From Chloroflexaceae bacterium (GTDB lineage Bacteria > Chloroflexota > Chloroflexia > Chloroflexales > Chloroflexaceae), in assembly GCA_012032475.1 (NCBI GenBank), contig JAAUSY010000002.1, positions 2,106 to 66,105 on the forward strand: 64,000 nt of DNA, read 5' to 3'. This document shows positions 36,522 to 45,567 of the stretch, one piece after another. Position 1 is the stretch's first letter, and the number at the start of each line of letters is the position of its first letter. Under the pieces are notes generated by a model, which searched no databases, was not told the DNA's origin, and saw only the letters and a program-made list of their open reading frames with translations. The position numbers were made by a program, and so were the translations under genes.

Positions 36522-38429
36522 ATGTCAACAGAAGATAGGGAAGTAAAAACGGAAGCGCTCTCTTTTCGCGCCGAAGTGCGCCAATTGCTTGATATTCTGG
36601 CGCACTCGCTCTATTCCGAACGGGAAGTCTTTCTGCGTGAACTCATTTCCAACGCCTCCGATGCGCTGAACCGCATACAGTTCGAGATGCTCACCAACCG
36701 CGAGGTGCTCGACCCGGAGGCCGAGCTTGCTATCCATATTGAGGTAGACCAGGAAGCCAGGACGATAGCCATCAGAGACCGCGGCATCGGGATGACCCGC
36801 GAAGAACTGATTGAGAACCTGGGGACGATTGCGCAGTCCGGCGCCCGGAGCTTTCTTCAGCGCGTCCGACAGGAGCAGAAAGAAGCCGAAGAGGAAAACC
36901 GCTCGTTTGCCACCGACATGATTGGTCAGTTTGGGGTCGGGTTCTATTCGGTCTTTATGGTCGCTGACCGGGTGACGGTGACATCGCGCTCCTACCGCCT
37001 GGATGCCGAGGCGGTCCAGTGGGAGGCCGAGGGCGGCGACACCTACACGATTGGGCCGGGCGAATGGGCCGAACGCGGGACGAGCATCACGCTGCACCTT
37101 AAGGAGGATGCTCACGAATTTGCCAATGCCTGGCGGCTGCGGCAGATTATCAAGCGCCATTCGGATTTTGTGGCCTTTCCGATTTTCATGGGTGAGGAGC
37201 AGGTCAACCAGCAGCAGGCGCTGTGGCGACGTCCCCCCCGCGAGGTGGAGGCCGGGCAATACCCGTCGTTCTACCAGCAGCTCACGATGGATATGGACGA
37301 CCCGCTGCTGCACATGCACCTCTCGACCGATGTGCCAGTTGATCTGCACGCGGTGCTGTTCGTTCCGTCTCACCGCGAACGCGGTATCATTGAGCGCCGG
37401 GTTGAAGGCAAAATCAAGCTCTATTCGCACAAAGTGCTCATTCAGGAAGAAACCAGAGACTTGCTGCCATCCTACTACCGCTTTGTCGAGGGGGTTATTG
37501 ACAGTGAAGACCTGCCGCTGAACGTTTCGCGTGAGACGGTGCAGAGCAACCCGGTGATGCAGCGCATTCGCAAGTCGCTGTCGGGGCGATTGACAAAGGA
37601 GCTGAACGAACTGGCCGAAAAGGACGAGGAGAAGTATGCCCGCTTCTGGAAGGAATTCGGGATCTTTATCAAAGAAGGCATCGCAACGGAATTTGCTGAC
37701 CGCGAATCGCTCATCAAGCTACTGCGTTTCCACACCACCCACGACACGGATCAGGAGGACGAGCGGCTGTGGTCGCTGGATGACTACAAGCGCCGCATTG
37801 TGGAAAACCAGGAACACATCTACTACGTTCTGGCAGGCGACCTGAGCGCAGCGCGGCTTAGCCCCCACCTCGACCCCCTCGCGGCCCGTGGGATTGAGGT
37901 GCTGCTCCTGACGGAACTGATTGACAGCTTTATGCTCACGGGCCTGCGCGAGTATGAGGGTATGACGCTCAAGAACATTGACGACGCCGACCTGGCGCTG
38001 CCTGGTGAGGCTCCGCCTGCCGATAGTGCCATCAGCGATGAGGAGTTTGAGCAACTCCGGGCGCGGTTTGTAGCGGTCCTGGGCGAACGGGTGAAGGAGG
38101 TTCGGGCATCGAAGGTCCTGCGCAATAGCCCGTTCCGCCTGGTATCATCGGCGGAAGATACCACCACCCGTGAAATGCAGCGTATTCACCAGTTGCTTGG
38201 GCAGGAAGTGGCGCAGCAACCCCGCATTATGGAACTCAACCGTTCTCACCCCTTGATTGTGGGGTTGGCAAAACGGGCCGCAGCGCATGCCGACGACCCG
38301 GTGGTTGCAGTCAGCGCCGAGCAGCTTTTCGACAACGCGCTGCTGCTGGAGGGCATCCATACGAACCCTGCCGCGATGGTCCCGCGTATTCAAGCCCTGA
38401 TGGAAGCGGCAGCGAGCGGGACATCTTGA
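36522..38429 (+). CDS. htpG: molecular chaperone HtpG (Hsp90 family)
   Basis: I use ATG 36522. FRAEVRQLLDILAHSLYSEREVFLRELISNASDALNRI and GQFGVGFYSVFMVAD are canonical Hsp90 N-domain motifs. Confidence 0.9.
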   Translation: MSTEDREVKTEALSFRAEVRQLLDILAHSLYSEREVFLRELISNASDALNRIQFEMLTNREVLDPEAELAIHIEVDQEARTIAIRDRGIGMTREELIENLGTIAQSGARSFLQRVRQEQKEAEEENRSFATDMIGQFGVGFYSVFMVADRVTVTSRSYRLDAEAVQWEAEGGDTYTIGPGEWAERGTSITLHLKEDAHEFANAWRLRQIIKRHSDFVAFPIFMGEEQVNQQQALWRRPPREVEAGQYPSFYQQLTMDMDDPLLHMHLSTDVPVDLHAVLFVPSHRERGIIERRVEGKIKLYSHKVLIQEETRDLLPSYYRFVEGVIDSEDLPLNVSRETVQSNPVMQRIRKSLSGRLTKELNELAEKDEEKYARFWKEFGIFIKEGIATEFADRESLIKLLRFHTTHDTDQEDERLWSLDDYKRRIVENQEHIYYVLAGDLSAARLSPHLDPLAARGIEVLLLTELIDSFMLTGLREYEGMTLKNIDDADLALPGEAPPADSAISDEEFEQLRARFVAVLGERVKEVRASKVLRNSPFRLVSSAEDTTTREMQRIHQLLGQEVAQQPRIMELNRSHPLIVGLAKRAAAHADDPVVAVSAEQLFDNALLLEGIHTNPAAMVPRIQALMEAAASGTS

Positions 38430-38497
38430 GTAGTGTGTGATGAGTGATGCATCACTGGTATCACTGGTGATGAGGGAAACGAGAAAGGAGCGAACGA

Positions 38498-38974
38498 ATG
38501 ATGACCGCACCAACTGGAACCCACCTGCTCCGGTGGGTCGCCCGTGTCTGGAGCATTGGCAGTATCGGGGTCCTCCTGCTGTTCCTGGTGGGGGAAGGGT
38601 TCAACCCGACGGAGACAACGCCTGCGGAGTGGGTTGGTCTGTCGCTGTTTCCTGCTGGCATGTCTCTGGGGATGGTGCTGGCCTGGCGGTGGGAGGGGGT
38701 TGGCGGCGCGCTCACGGTGGGAAGCCTGCTGGCATTCTATGGCTATGAATGGCTCCTGAGTGGTTCGTTTCCTCGCGGATGGGGATTTGTGGGGCTGGCA
38801 GCACCGGGAGCGCTCTTTCTGGGGTGCTGGTGGCTGGAGCGGCACACCCCACCCCCCTCCCCTCCTCTACGGGCAATGAGTGACCGATGCTTGATCTGCC
38901 AGACCCGCCAGACCTGCCAGACCCGCCAGTCAGGTCTGGTACGCTGCCGTCATCTTACCAGGTGGGCAGCCTGA
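38498..38974 (+). CDS. small integral membrane protein (hypothetical)
   Basis: 158 aa with 4 predicted TM helices (VWSIGSIGVLLLFLV, VGLSLFPAGMSLGMVLAW, ALTVGSLLAFYG, GFVGLAAPGALFLGCWW). The 3' tail overlaps the dus start, so its end is uncertain. Confidence 0.55.
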   Translation: MMTAPTGTHLLRWVARVWSIGSIGVLLLFLVGEGFNPTETTPAEWVGLSLFPAGMSLGMVLAWRWEGVGGALTVGSLLAFYGYEWLLSGSFPRGWGFVGLAAPGALFLGCWWLERHTPPPSPPLRAMSDRCLICQTRQTCQTRQSGLVRCRHLTRWAA

Positions 38975-39945
38975 CCATTGCCCCCAACATGGTGCTGGCT
39001 CCGATGGCCGGGGTGACCGACAGTATCTTCCGCCGCCTCATTCTGAGCCTTGGCGGGTGCGGCCTGGTGTGCAGCGAGATGACCAACGCGGCCAGTGTGT
39101 CGCCCAGGGCTTTGAAGCGACACCGATTGCTGGATTATCTCCCGGAGGAGCGCCCGCTCGCAATGCAGATAAGCGGGAATGACCCGGAGCTGGTGGCTCA
39201 GGCGGCCCGCACGGTTGAAGCGTTGGGGGCTGATATTCTCGATATCAACTGCGGGTGTCCTTCGCCAAAGGTCACGGGGGGCGGACACGGGGCTTCGTTG
39301 CTGTGCGATCTGCCGAAGATGGGGCGGGTGCTCCGGGCCGTACGCGAGGCGGTGCATCTGCCCATCACGCTGAAGTACCGCGCCGGGTGGGATGACCAGA
39401 GCCTGAACTTTCTGGAGACGGCGCGGGTGGCGGAGGAGGCTGGTATCAACGGTCTCACGCTGCACCCGCGCACCCGCGAACAGCGGTATGCGGGCGAGGC
39501 GGATTGGAGCCGCGTAGCTGCCATCAAGCAGCAGGTTCGCATTCCCGTGGTGGGAAGCGGGGATGTCCGGAGCGCGGCGGATGCGCTGCATCGTCTGGCA
39601 ATCAGCGGGGTTGACGGGGTGATGATCGGGCGGGCAGCGCTGGCAAACCCGTGGATTTTTCTCCAGGTGGCCCAACTGCGCAGCGGAATGCCGCCTTTTG
39701 AGCCGGGGTTGGATGAGAAGTATGCGCTGCTGCGGCGCTATCTGGCGATGTGCCTGGAAGAACTCCCCGAACGGGTGGCGCTCAACAAACTCAAGCAGTT
39801 TGTGGGGCAGTTCGTGATTGGCGCACCGGGGAGTGCGGTGCTCCGAACCTGCGTACAGCGCTCTCAGAGCGTGGAAGCAGCGCGGCAATGGCTGGATGAG
39901 TTCTTTCTTGCAGCCCGGTCGTACGACCGCAGATGCCCAGATTGA
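38887..39945 (+). CDS. tRNA-dihydrouridine synthase
   Basis: VLAPMAGVTDSIFRRL, DINCGCPSPKV and LTLHPRTREQRYAGEADW are Dus-family motifs. The start is ambiguous between ATG 38887 and GTG 38962. The first codons are a 9-nt repeat encoding LPDPPDLPDPP. Confidence 0.85.
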   Translation: MLDLPDPPDLPDPPVRSGTLPSSYQVGSLTIAPNMVLAPMAGVTDSIFRRLILSLGGCGLVCSEMTNAASVSPRALKRHRLLDYLPEERPLAMQISGNDPELVAQAARTVEALGADILDINCGCPSPKVTGGGHGASLLCDLPKMGRVLRAVREAVHLPITLKYRAGWDDQSLNFLETARVAEEAGINGLTLHPRTREQRYAGEADWSRVAAIKQQVRIPVVGSGDVRSAADALHRLAISGVDGVMIGRAALANPWIFLQVAQLRSGMPPFEPGLDEKYALLRRYLAMCLEELPERVALNKLKQFVGQFVIGAPGSAVLRTCVQRSQSVEAARQWLDEFFLAARSYDRRCPD

Positions 39946-40356
39946 GGCTTGCAAATCCCCCGACCTTGCGCTATACTTGCTCATGCGACCCCTTGAGGGG
40001 GTCGAGGAATAGCCGCGACGTTGCGGTAGGGGACGAACGCGAAACGAAGGTTCGTTTATCCTTAAAGGAAGTATCGTTAATTCAGGAATTCAGGGTTTCG
40101 GTTTCGATATCAGGGAACATACAGGCTGACATGAACTTTGGCAAGGGCTACTTTCGCGGTCTCACGCTCCAACCAGGGGTCATCCTGGGGCGGAATATTG
40201 CAGCGTGCCGGTGGTCTATGCACGCTATCCTATGCAGCACCGGTTACTGGCATGCCAGGGTCATGCGGTCCATCCGGGCGGTTTCCTCAGCCTGTCCAAT
40301 GCTTGCGGCTCTCTAAGGTCGTGGAGAACCCTTTGAGAGCCAGTGTGGTAGAAACC

Positions 40357-40893
40357 ATGCACCAGGGTTTTCAAAGGGGGTTGGCATTGACACAACGGGT
40401 TCTTGTTCTGAATGCGAGCTATGAGCCGCTGCAAATCATCTCGGTGCGTCGTGCAGTTATCCTGCTGCTCCAGGAAAAGGCGGAACTGGTCGAGGCCACC
40501 GAGCTTCAGCTTCGTGCTTCCAAATATTCGTTCGATGTCCCGCTGGTTATCCGCCTGGTCCGCTACATCCGGATACCACCTCGCTTCAAGCTCCCCTGTT
40601 CACGGCGCGGCGTGCTTGCCCGCGACCACGATACGTGCCAGTATTGTGGGGCCCAGCCGGGGCGGGTCAACCTGACGATGGACCACGTTATCCCGCGCTC
40701 GCAAGGGGGATTGACGGTGTGGACCAATGTGGTGGCGGCCTGCCGCGAGTGCAACCGCAAAAAGGGGGGGCATACGCCGGAGCAGGCGAATATGATCTTG
40801 CGGACCCGGCCCCGCCAGCCGCAGTATGTAGCGTTTGCGCTGCTTGGGGAGCTTGAGCGCCACGATGTGTGGCGCAAATACGCCTATACCTGA
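40357..40893 (+). CDS. HNH endonuclease (small conserved McrA-like family)
   Basis: I use ATG 40357. VLVLNASYEPLQIISVRRAVILLL forms the N-domain. ARDHDTCQYCGA...LTMDHVIPRSQGG...NVVAACRECNRKKG is the HNH motif. Confidence 0.85.
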   Translation: MHQGFQRGLALTQRVLVLNASYEPLQIISVRRAVILLLQEKAELVEATELQLRASKYSFDVPLVIRLVRYIRIPPRFKLPCSRRGVLARDHDTCQYCGAQPGRVNLTMDHVIPRSQGGLTVWTNVVAACRECNRKKGGHTPEQANMILRTRPRQPQYVAFALLGELERHDVWRKYAYT

Positions 40894-40985
40894 CCGTCAG
40901 ATCGTGGAGCACATGGAGCAATGGAGCACCTGAAGGACATGGAGCATCCCAGGCGTCCCTGACCAGGGCGCTGCCAGAGGCCAGG

Positions 40986-41393
40986 CTATGGACACCACTT
41001 GCGGCAGGTGACGGTGGTGCCTGCTCCGACCTGGGACTGGATAGCGAATTCGTGCATCAGCCGCCGCGCACCGGGGATGCCCATTCCCATGCCCCCGGAG
41101 GTGCTGTAGCCTTCCTGCATGGACAGGTCAATGTTGGCGATGCCCGGCCCATGGTCCTCGCACACGATTTCGATACCCTTGCGCCCACCCTGTTCGATTC
41201 CTCGGATTATCACACGCCCGGTTTTGGCATAGAGAAAGATATTCCGCGCCAGTTCTCCCACCGCCGTGGCGATGCGCGCCTGGTCAACGGCCCCAAAACC
41301 CTGGGCTTTGGCAACTTCCCGCGACATGGAACGAGCGGTGACGATATCCAGGTCACTGCTGATCGTCGCCACTTTGACCTGTGATGTGACCAT
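40986..41393 (-). CDS. anti-sigma regulatory factor, serine/threonine kinase (RsbW/RsbT-like HATPase)
   Basis: 135 aa. IATAVGELARNIFLYAKTG, VCEDHGPGI and GMGMGIPGARRLMHEF are present. No STAS or sigma partner gene lies adjacent. Confidence 0.8.
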   Translation of the reverse strand: MVTSQVKVATISSDLDIVTARSMSREVAKAQGFGAVDQARIATAVGELARNIFLYAKTGRVIIRGIEQGGRKGIEIVCEDHGPGIANIDLSMQEGYSTSGGMGMGIPGARRLMHEFAIQSQVGAGTTVTCRKWCP

Positions 41394-41802
41394 GCTCCCT
41401 CAGTGCGATACCAGTGATGCGTGACGAGCGATGCGTGACAAACCGCGGCAAAGTGCCAGCGCCGTATTCAGGGGGAAAGCCTTCACGCTCAACATCAGCG
41501 GAAGCGTCGGGGGCGTTTCCGCCCCGGAGATGTCCTACGTGCTCGGATGAGCCGAGTTTCAGACATCACGACTATGATATCGCCAGGTCGAGCAAAAGTC
41601 AATAGCTATGATGTCCCGGTATGCACCCGCGGTGGGTCGCAGGCCCCGGCGCCGGAGCAAACGCCAGGGCAGGGTAGTCGAGGAAAAAAGAGGCGGCTTC
41701 CCTGGCACTGGAGTATCATCCTTGAAGATATGGCAGCCTGACTGATAGCACTGGAGCCGGGCAAGCTCCTTGCATCGTTCCTGTTCCCTTCTCCGGTCGG
41801 TG

Positions 41803-42150
41803 CTACACGGTCCGGACGAGCGAGGCATCAGGCGACAGGACAATCGGCTCGTGCGATAGAGCCACAGGTTTTCGGTGGGATGCCTGCTCAATTAACCGTG
41901 ACAGCTTCATGGACACCGTGTTGTCGGCCAGTTGGCGGGCCTGCCGGGCATACATATTCAGCCGATCCTGGAGCAGTTCATAGGTTGCGGCCCACTCGCT
42001 CCAATCCAGAATCCATGCCCGGTCGGGGGGGAGTTCGCCGCGCTGGTAGGATTCGTAGAAAATTTCCGTCGGGATACCATAGGTGCGTTCAAAAATGAGC
42101 ATATCCTCTCTCATCGCCTGGATATCACGCATAATGTCATCGAGGTTCAT
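41803..42150 (-). CDS. hypothetical small helical protein
   Basis: 115 aa with an ATG start, beginning MNLDDIMRDIQAMREDMLIFERTYGIPTEIFYESYQRGE. It is divergent from the HTH-PIN pair. I do not recognise the family. Confidence 0.5.
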   Translation of the reverse strand: MNLDDIMRDIQAMREDMLIFERTYGIPTEIFYESYQRGELPPDRAWILDWSEWAATYELLQDRLNMYARQARQLADNTVSMKLSRLIEQASHRKPVALSHEPIVLSPDASLVRTV

Positions 42151-42360
42151 GATCGCCTCCCGTCATTGCCCTCTAGGGACTCTCTATTATAGCAGAAAAA
42201 AAGGATTTTGGAACCCCCCGGTGCCATTCAGGTGCGAAATCATGCGATATCTGGTAGTAGTTCCGGGAGCCTGGAGCACCGGAATCTTGACACGCCTTCG
42301 CTCCCCCTCTATACTTACGCCAGCACCGGCCCTGGATGTGTTATGGATAGGGAGGAGCAA

Positions 42361-42684
42361 ATGGCCCGCTGGATGTTGCGAGAGATAGCCGAGCCGTCCG
42401 GGTGGAACCCGCGCAGCCTGGCAACGGAAGCGCGGTTATCCTACCACACTGTGCGCCTCATCTGGTACAATGAGGCGAAGCGGGTAGACCTGACGACCCT
42501 GGACAAACTGGCGGAGGTCCTCAAGGTGCCTCCTGGAAACTTTATCGGGAATGGGGAACCGCTGCAAAACCAGGCCGGACCAACCCGCTCAATGATTGGT
42601 ATCTGTTCCGATCTGGCCGTATCGCTATCAGCAGAGCAGATTGACGAAGCCAGGCGAGAAATGTGGGGATCGTTCTACGAATGA
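42361..42684 (+). CDS. XRE-type HTH antitoxin-like protein
   Basis: ATG 42361 is preceded by GGGAGGAGC. LATEARLSYHTVRLIWYNEAKRVDLTTLDKLAEVLKV is an HTH_XRE-like segment. Its stop overlaps the PIN gene start (ATGA). Confidence 0.7.
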   Translation: MARWMLREIAEPSGWNPRSLATEARLSYHTVRLIWYNEAKRVDLTTLDKLAEVLKVPPGNFIGNGEPLQNQAGPTRSMIGICSDLAVSLSAEQIDEARREMWGSFYE

Positions 42685-43041
42685 TTACCGCCGTAACTGA
42701 CACCCACACGCTCATCTGGTATGTAACGGATGCCCCGCAGTTATCCACCACAGCAAGAAAAGTGTTTGACGATGCGGTAGCGAGCGGAAACCATATCGGA
42801 TTCTCAACGATCACCCTGGCAGAGACCATCTACCGGATCGAGAAATATCGCCTGCCGGATAGGATGTATGATCGGCTTATTGCTGCCCTTGATACTCCAG
42901 AAACGGTGCTGGTCCTGGTACCATACCCAGGTCCCTGATATGCCTGACCGTATCATCGCTGCAACGGCGCTTGCCCTGGGGGTTCCATTGATGACCCGAG
43001 ACGAGCAAATACGCCGTTCCACCGTTTCAACTATCTGGTAG
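42681..43041 (+). pseudogene. PIN-domain (VapC-like) toxin, frame-shifted near 42900-42925
   Basis: The N-terminus is MITAVTDTHTLIWYV, containing the first acidic residue. After the TGA at 42936, the C-terminus continues in the +1 frame as DMPDRIIAATALALGVPLMTRDEQIRRS and ends at TAG 43039-43041. Confidence 0.7.
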
Positions 43042-43205
43042 ATCCATTATCCTCCGCGCTTCCGCCCATCGGCTTCCGTAATGTGAATGTCATCCGGGGA
43101 AGCACCTGGACCATCCAGATTGGCGAGGAGGCACGTTGTATCCGATGGTACCAACCACAGAACATATAAATATAATGAAGATGATATGATGAGGACGAGG
43201 ACGAG

Positions 43206-44678
43206 ATGGAAAAGATTCGCTTGATGGCGTGGTCCCTGATGATCAGTGTGGTGCTGCTCACTTCGTGCAGCCTGGAAGATTGGACCAACGGCGGACCCGG
43301 CAAGTCATCCGCGGTGCTCACCGGAACGGTGACCGACGCCTATACGAACCAGCCGGTCCCTGCCGCTGAGGTGGTAATAGGCACAGGGACGCTGGCAACC
43401 GGCAGCGATGGTCGCTACCTCACCACCAACTGGGACACGGAAGACACCCTGCAAGCCTCTGCGCCCGGCTACGAGCCGGTTCAGGTGGCGCTGAACACCC
43501 AGCCCCACCTGGCTCAGTCGGAGAACATGACCGTGACGCTTGACCTGGTTCTGCGCCCCAACCGCCTGGAAGGGAAGGTCGTTGACGCCTACAGCGGGAA
43601 ACCTGTGGCCGGGGTTCAGGTGGCGGCGCTGGCCGAACTGGCCGCAGGAACCGAGGACGACATGCTGTTGAACGTGTCGGTTCTCACGAACACCTCCGAA
43701 GTGAGCCGGACGACGGAAGCACCAGCACCGTCAGCCCCCGCAATGGACGTGGAACCTGACCCAGGGGACGCAGGTCTGGGGGATATGGGCAACGCGCCGG
43801 TTGCTCCTCCGGTCGCTTCGACGGTCGTCACGGACGCGCACACTGTCGGGCATCTGCTGGCAACTGCGACCACCGACCAGGCCGGGCACTACGTGCTGAG
43901 CGATGTTCCAGAGCAGTTTCACCTGGTGATGACCGCCGAGGACTACGAGTCGGTTCGGACGAACGTGCATCGCCAGACGGTCTACCATGCCGAAATGCGA
44001 CCGGATGTCCTGCGGGGCACCGTGACCGACCGCTACAGCGGCGAGCCGGTGGCCGGAGCGCTCGTCTCTGCGGGGGTTGTTTCGACCACCACCACTCTCG
44101 ATGGAACGTATCTTCTCAAGGGAGTGCCGGCCTATGTGATGGCGGTAGAAGTCCAGGCCGACGGCTATGCCCCCCTTTCGCAGCAGTTGGAACAAAGCAC
44201 CACGCTCAATGCGGTGTTGCGGCCCGACGAACTTGCGGCCACATTGGTCGACCGGGTGACGGGAACGCCCATTGCGTTTGCCACGATTATTGCCAACACG
44301 ACGCTGACCAGCACGGCCGTAGCCCACATGCGCCTGGACCACAGCCCGGACGGGCAGTTTGTGCTTGGGGGGGTGCCAGAGAACGGCTATCTGCACGTGC
44401 TGGCGCCCGGCTACCGCAAGACGGTGCTCGAATTGAAACCAGCGGGTATTCCGTCGGTGATTGAACTGGAGCCGTTTGAGGCCAGAGCGCTGTATGTGAA
44501 GACCAGCACGGCGGCCTACCTGCCCGAACAGATGCAAGAGTTTTTTGAGGTGATTGACCGCACCGAGTTGAACGCGATGGTGATTGACCTCAAGTCGGAT
44601 AATCTGGCCGACCTGGGGTTGATTTACTACGATTCGCAGGTGCCCATCGTGAAGGAGCTTGGCACCTCCGAGACCTGA
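43206..44678 (+). CDS. lipoprotein with carboxypeptidase-regulatory-like repeats and the start of a DUF4015 glycoside-hydrolase-like domain (fragment 1)
   Basis: The lipobox is VLLTSCS. There are repeated GTVTDAYTNQPV / GKVVDAYSGKPV / GTVTDRYSGEPV modules. The fragment ends ARALYVKTST...ELNAMVIDLKSD...VPIVKELGTSE, the beginning of DUF4015. Confidence 0.75.
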   Translation: MEKIRLMAWSLMISVVLLTSCSLEDWTNGGPGKSSAVLTGTVTDAYTNQPVPAAEVVIGTGTLATGSDGRYLTTNWDTEDTLQASAPGYEPVQVALNTQPHLAQSENMTVTLDLVLRPNRLEGKVVDAYSGKPVAGVQVAALAELAAGTEDDMLLNVSVLTNTSEVSRTTEAPAPSAPAMDVEPDPGDAGLGDMGNAPVAPPVASTVVTDAHTVGHLLATATTDQAGHYVLSDVPEQFHLVMTAEDYESVRTNVHRQTVYHAEMRPDVLRGTVTDRYSGEPVAGALVSAGVVSTTTTLDGTYLLKGVPAYVMAVEVQADGYAPLSQQLEQSTTLNAVLRPDELAATLVDRVTGTPIAFATIIANTTLTSTAVAHMRLDHSPDGQFVLGGVPENGYLHVLAPGYRKTVLELKPAGIPSVIELEPFEARALYVKTSTAAYLPEQMQEFFEVIDRTELNAMVIDLKSDNLADLGLIYYDSQVPIVKELGTSET

Positions 44679-45541
44679 TGGACATTCGGGGTATCCTGGC
44701 GGAGGCCAGACAGCACAACGTCTACACCATTGCGCGTATCCATGTCTTCTCGCATGATAACCTGCTGGCCGAGACGAAGCCGGAGTGGGCGGCCCGGACC
44801 ACCAAACCGGGCGGGTGTGTCCCGAACGAGAATCGCAAGTGCAACAGCAATGTGTTCTATGCCGATTGGGATGTGGCGTGGCTCGACCCGTGGAATCGCA
44901 ACGTCTGGGACTACAATACTCAGCTTGGGGTCGAGGCGGCCCAGCTTGGCTTCGATGAGGTGCAGTTCGACTACATTCGCTTCCCAAACGATGCTACGGA
45001 TTATGAGTATATGGTGCTGTCGAAGCCAGCAGACCCGGAGAACAACCCGGAGGCGATGTACGAGAATATCGTCGAGGTGATGTCTCTGGCGCAGGATGCC
45101 ATCAACCGGGTGGGGGCATTCTTCTCCGTGGATGTATTCGGGTATACCATCTGGCGACCGGAGCCGCTCATCGGCCAGAACCCGGAACTGATGGCTCCGC
45201 ACGCCGACTATATCTGCCCGATGGTCTACCCCTCGCACTACTGGCGCTACGAGATGGGGTTTGACAATGCGGCGGCGCACCCGTACGAGATTGTCCAGAA
45301 GAGCCTGGAAGAGGGGTTTGATATGGTGCAGAACCAGCGGGCGCGGCTGCGTCCGTGGCTCCAGGACTTCACGCTGCTCTGGGTTCCGGACTCCCTCATT
45401 GTGGAGTATGGCCCGGCAGAGGTGCGGGCGCAGATTGACGCCACCGAGACACTGACGTATACCGCCGGGTGGTCGCTGTGGAGCGCCGACAATGAATATA
45501 CCTATGAGGCGCTCCGTCCCGACGATGGGAGTGGTGAGTGA
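44678..45541 (+). CDS. DUF4015 putative glycoside hydrolase domain (fragment 2)
   Basis: DIRGILAEARQHNVYTIARIHVFSHD...FDEVQFDYIRFP continues the domain begun in the previous ORF. A 1-nt shift lies near 44665-44680. Confidence 0.75.
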   Translation: MDIRGILAEARQHNVYTIARIHVFSHDNLLAETKPEWAARTTKPGGCVPNENRKCNSNVFYADWDVAWLDPWNRNVWDYNTQLGVEAAQLGFDEVQFDYIRFPNDATDYEYMVLSKPADPENNPEAMYENIVEVMSLAQDAINRVGAFFSVDVFGYTIWRPEPLIGQNPELMAPHADYICPMVYPSHYWRYEMGFDNAAAHPYEIVQKSLEEGFDMVQNQRARLRPWLQDFTLLWVPDSLIVEYGPAEVRAQIDATETLTYTAGWSLWSADNEYTYEALRPDDGSGE

Positions 45542-45567
45542 GTGAGCGAGGGAGCGAAGGAGATGGA

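Noticed and set aside
39946-40893. A HEARO / IscB omega-RNA-like element, since a structured RNA lies upstream of an HNH endonuclease ORF.
   Set aside because: The HNH protein is only about 178 aa. It has no RuvC segments or PLMP domain and belongs to the small McrA-like family. I could not recognise the HEARO fold by eye. It is kept only as an unexplained structured spacer.
41394-41802. The long spacers (41394-41802, 36143-36521, 51505-51886, 39946-40356) might encode RNase P RNA, tmRNA, SRP RNA, 6S RNA or a known riboswitch.
   Set aside because: I found none of the diagnostic conserved strings. These include GGAAAGTCCGG for RNase P, the tmRNA 5' and 3' ends, the SRP GGAAGCAGCC-type motif, the thi-box and the B12 box. 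A covariance-model scan is still needed to be sure.
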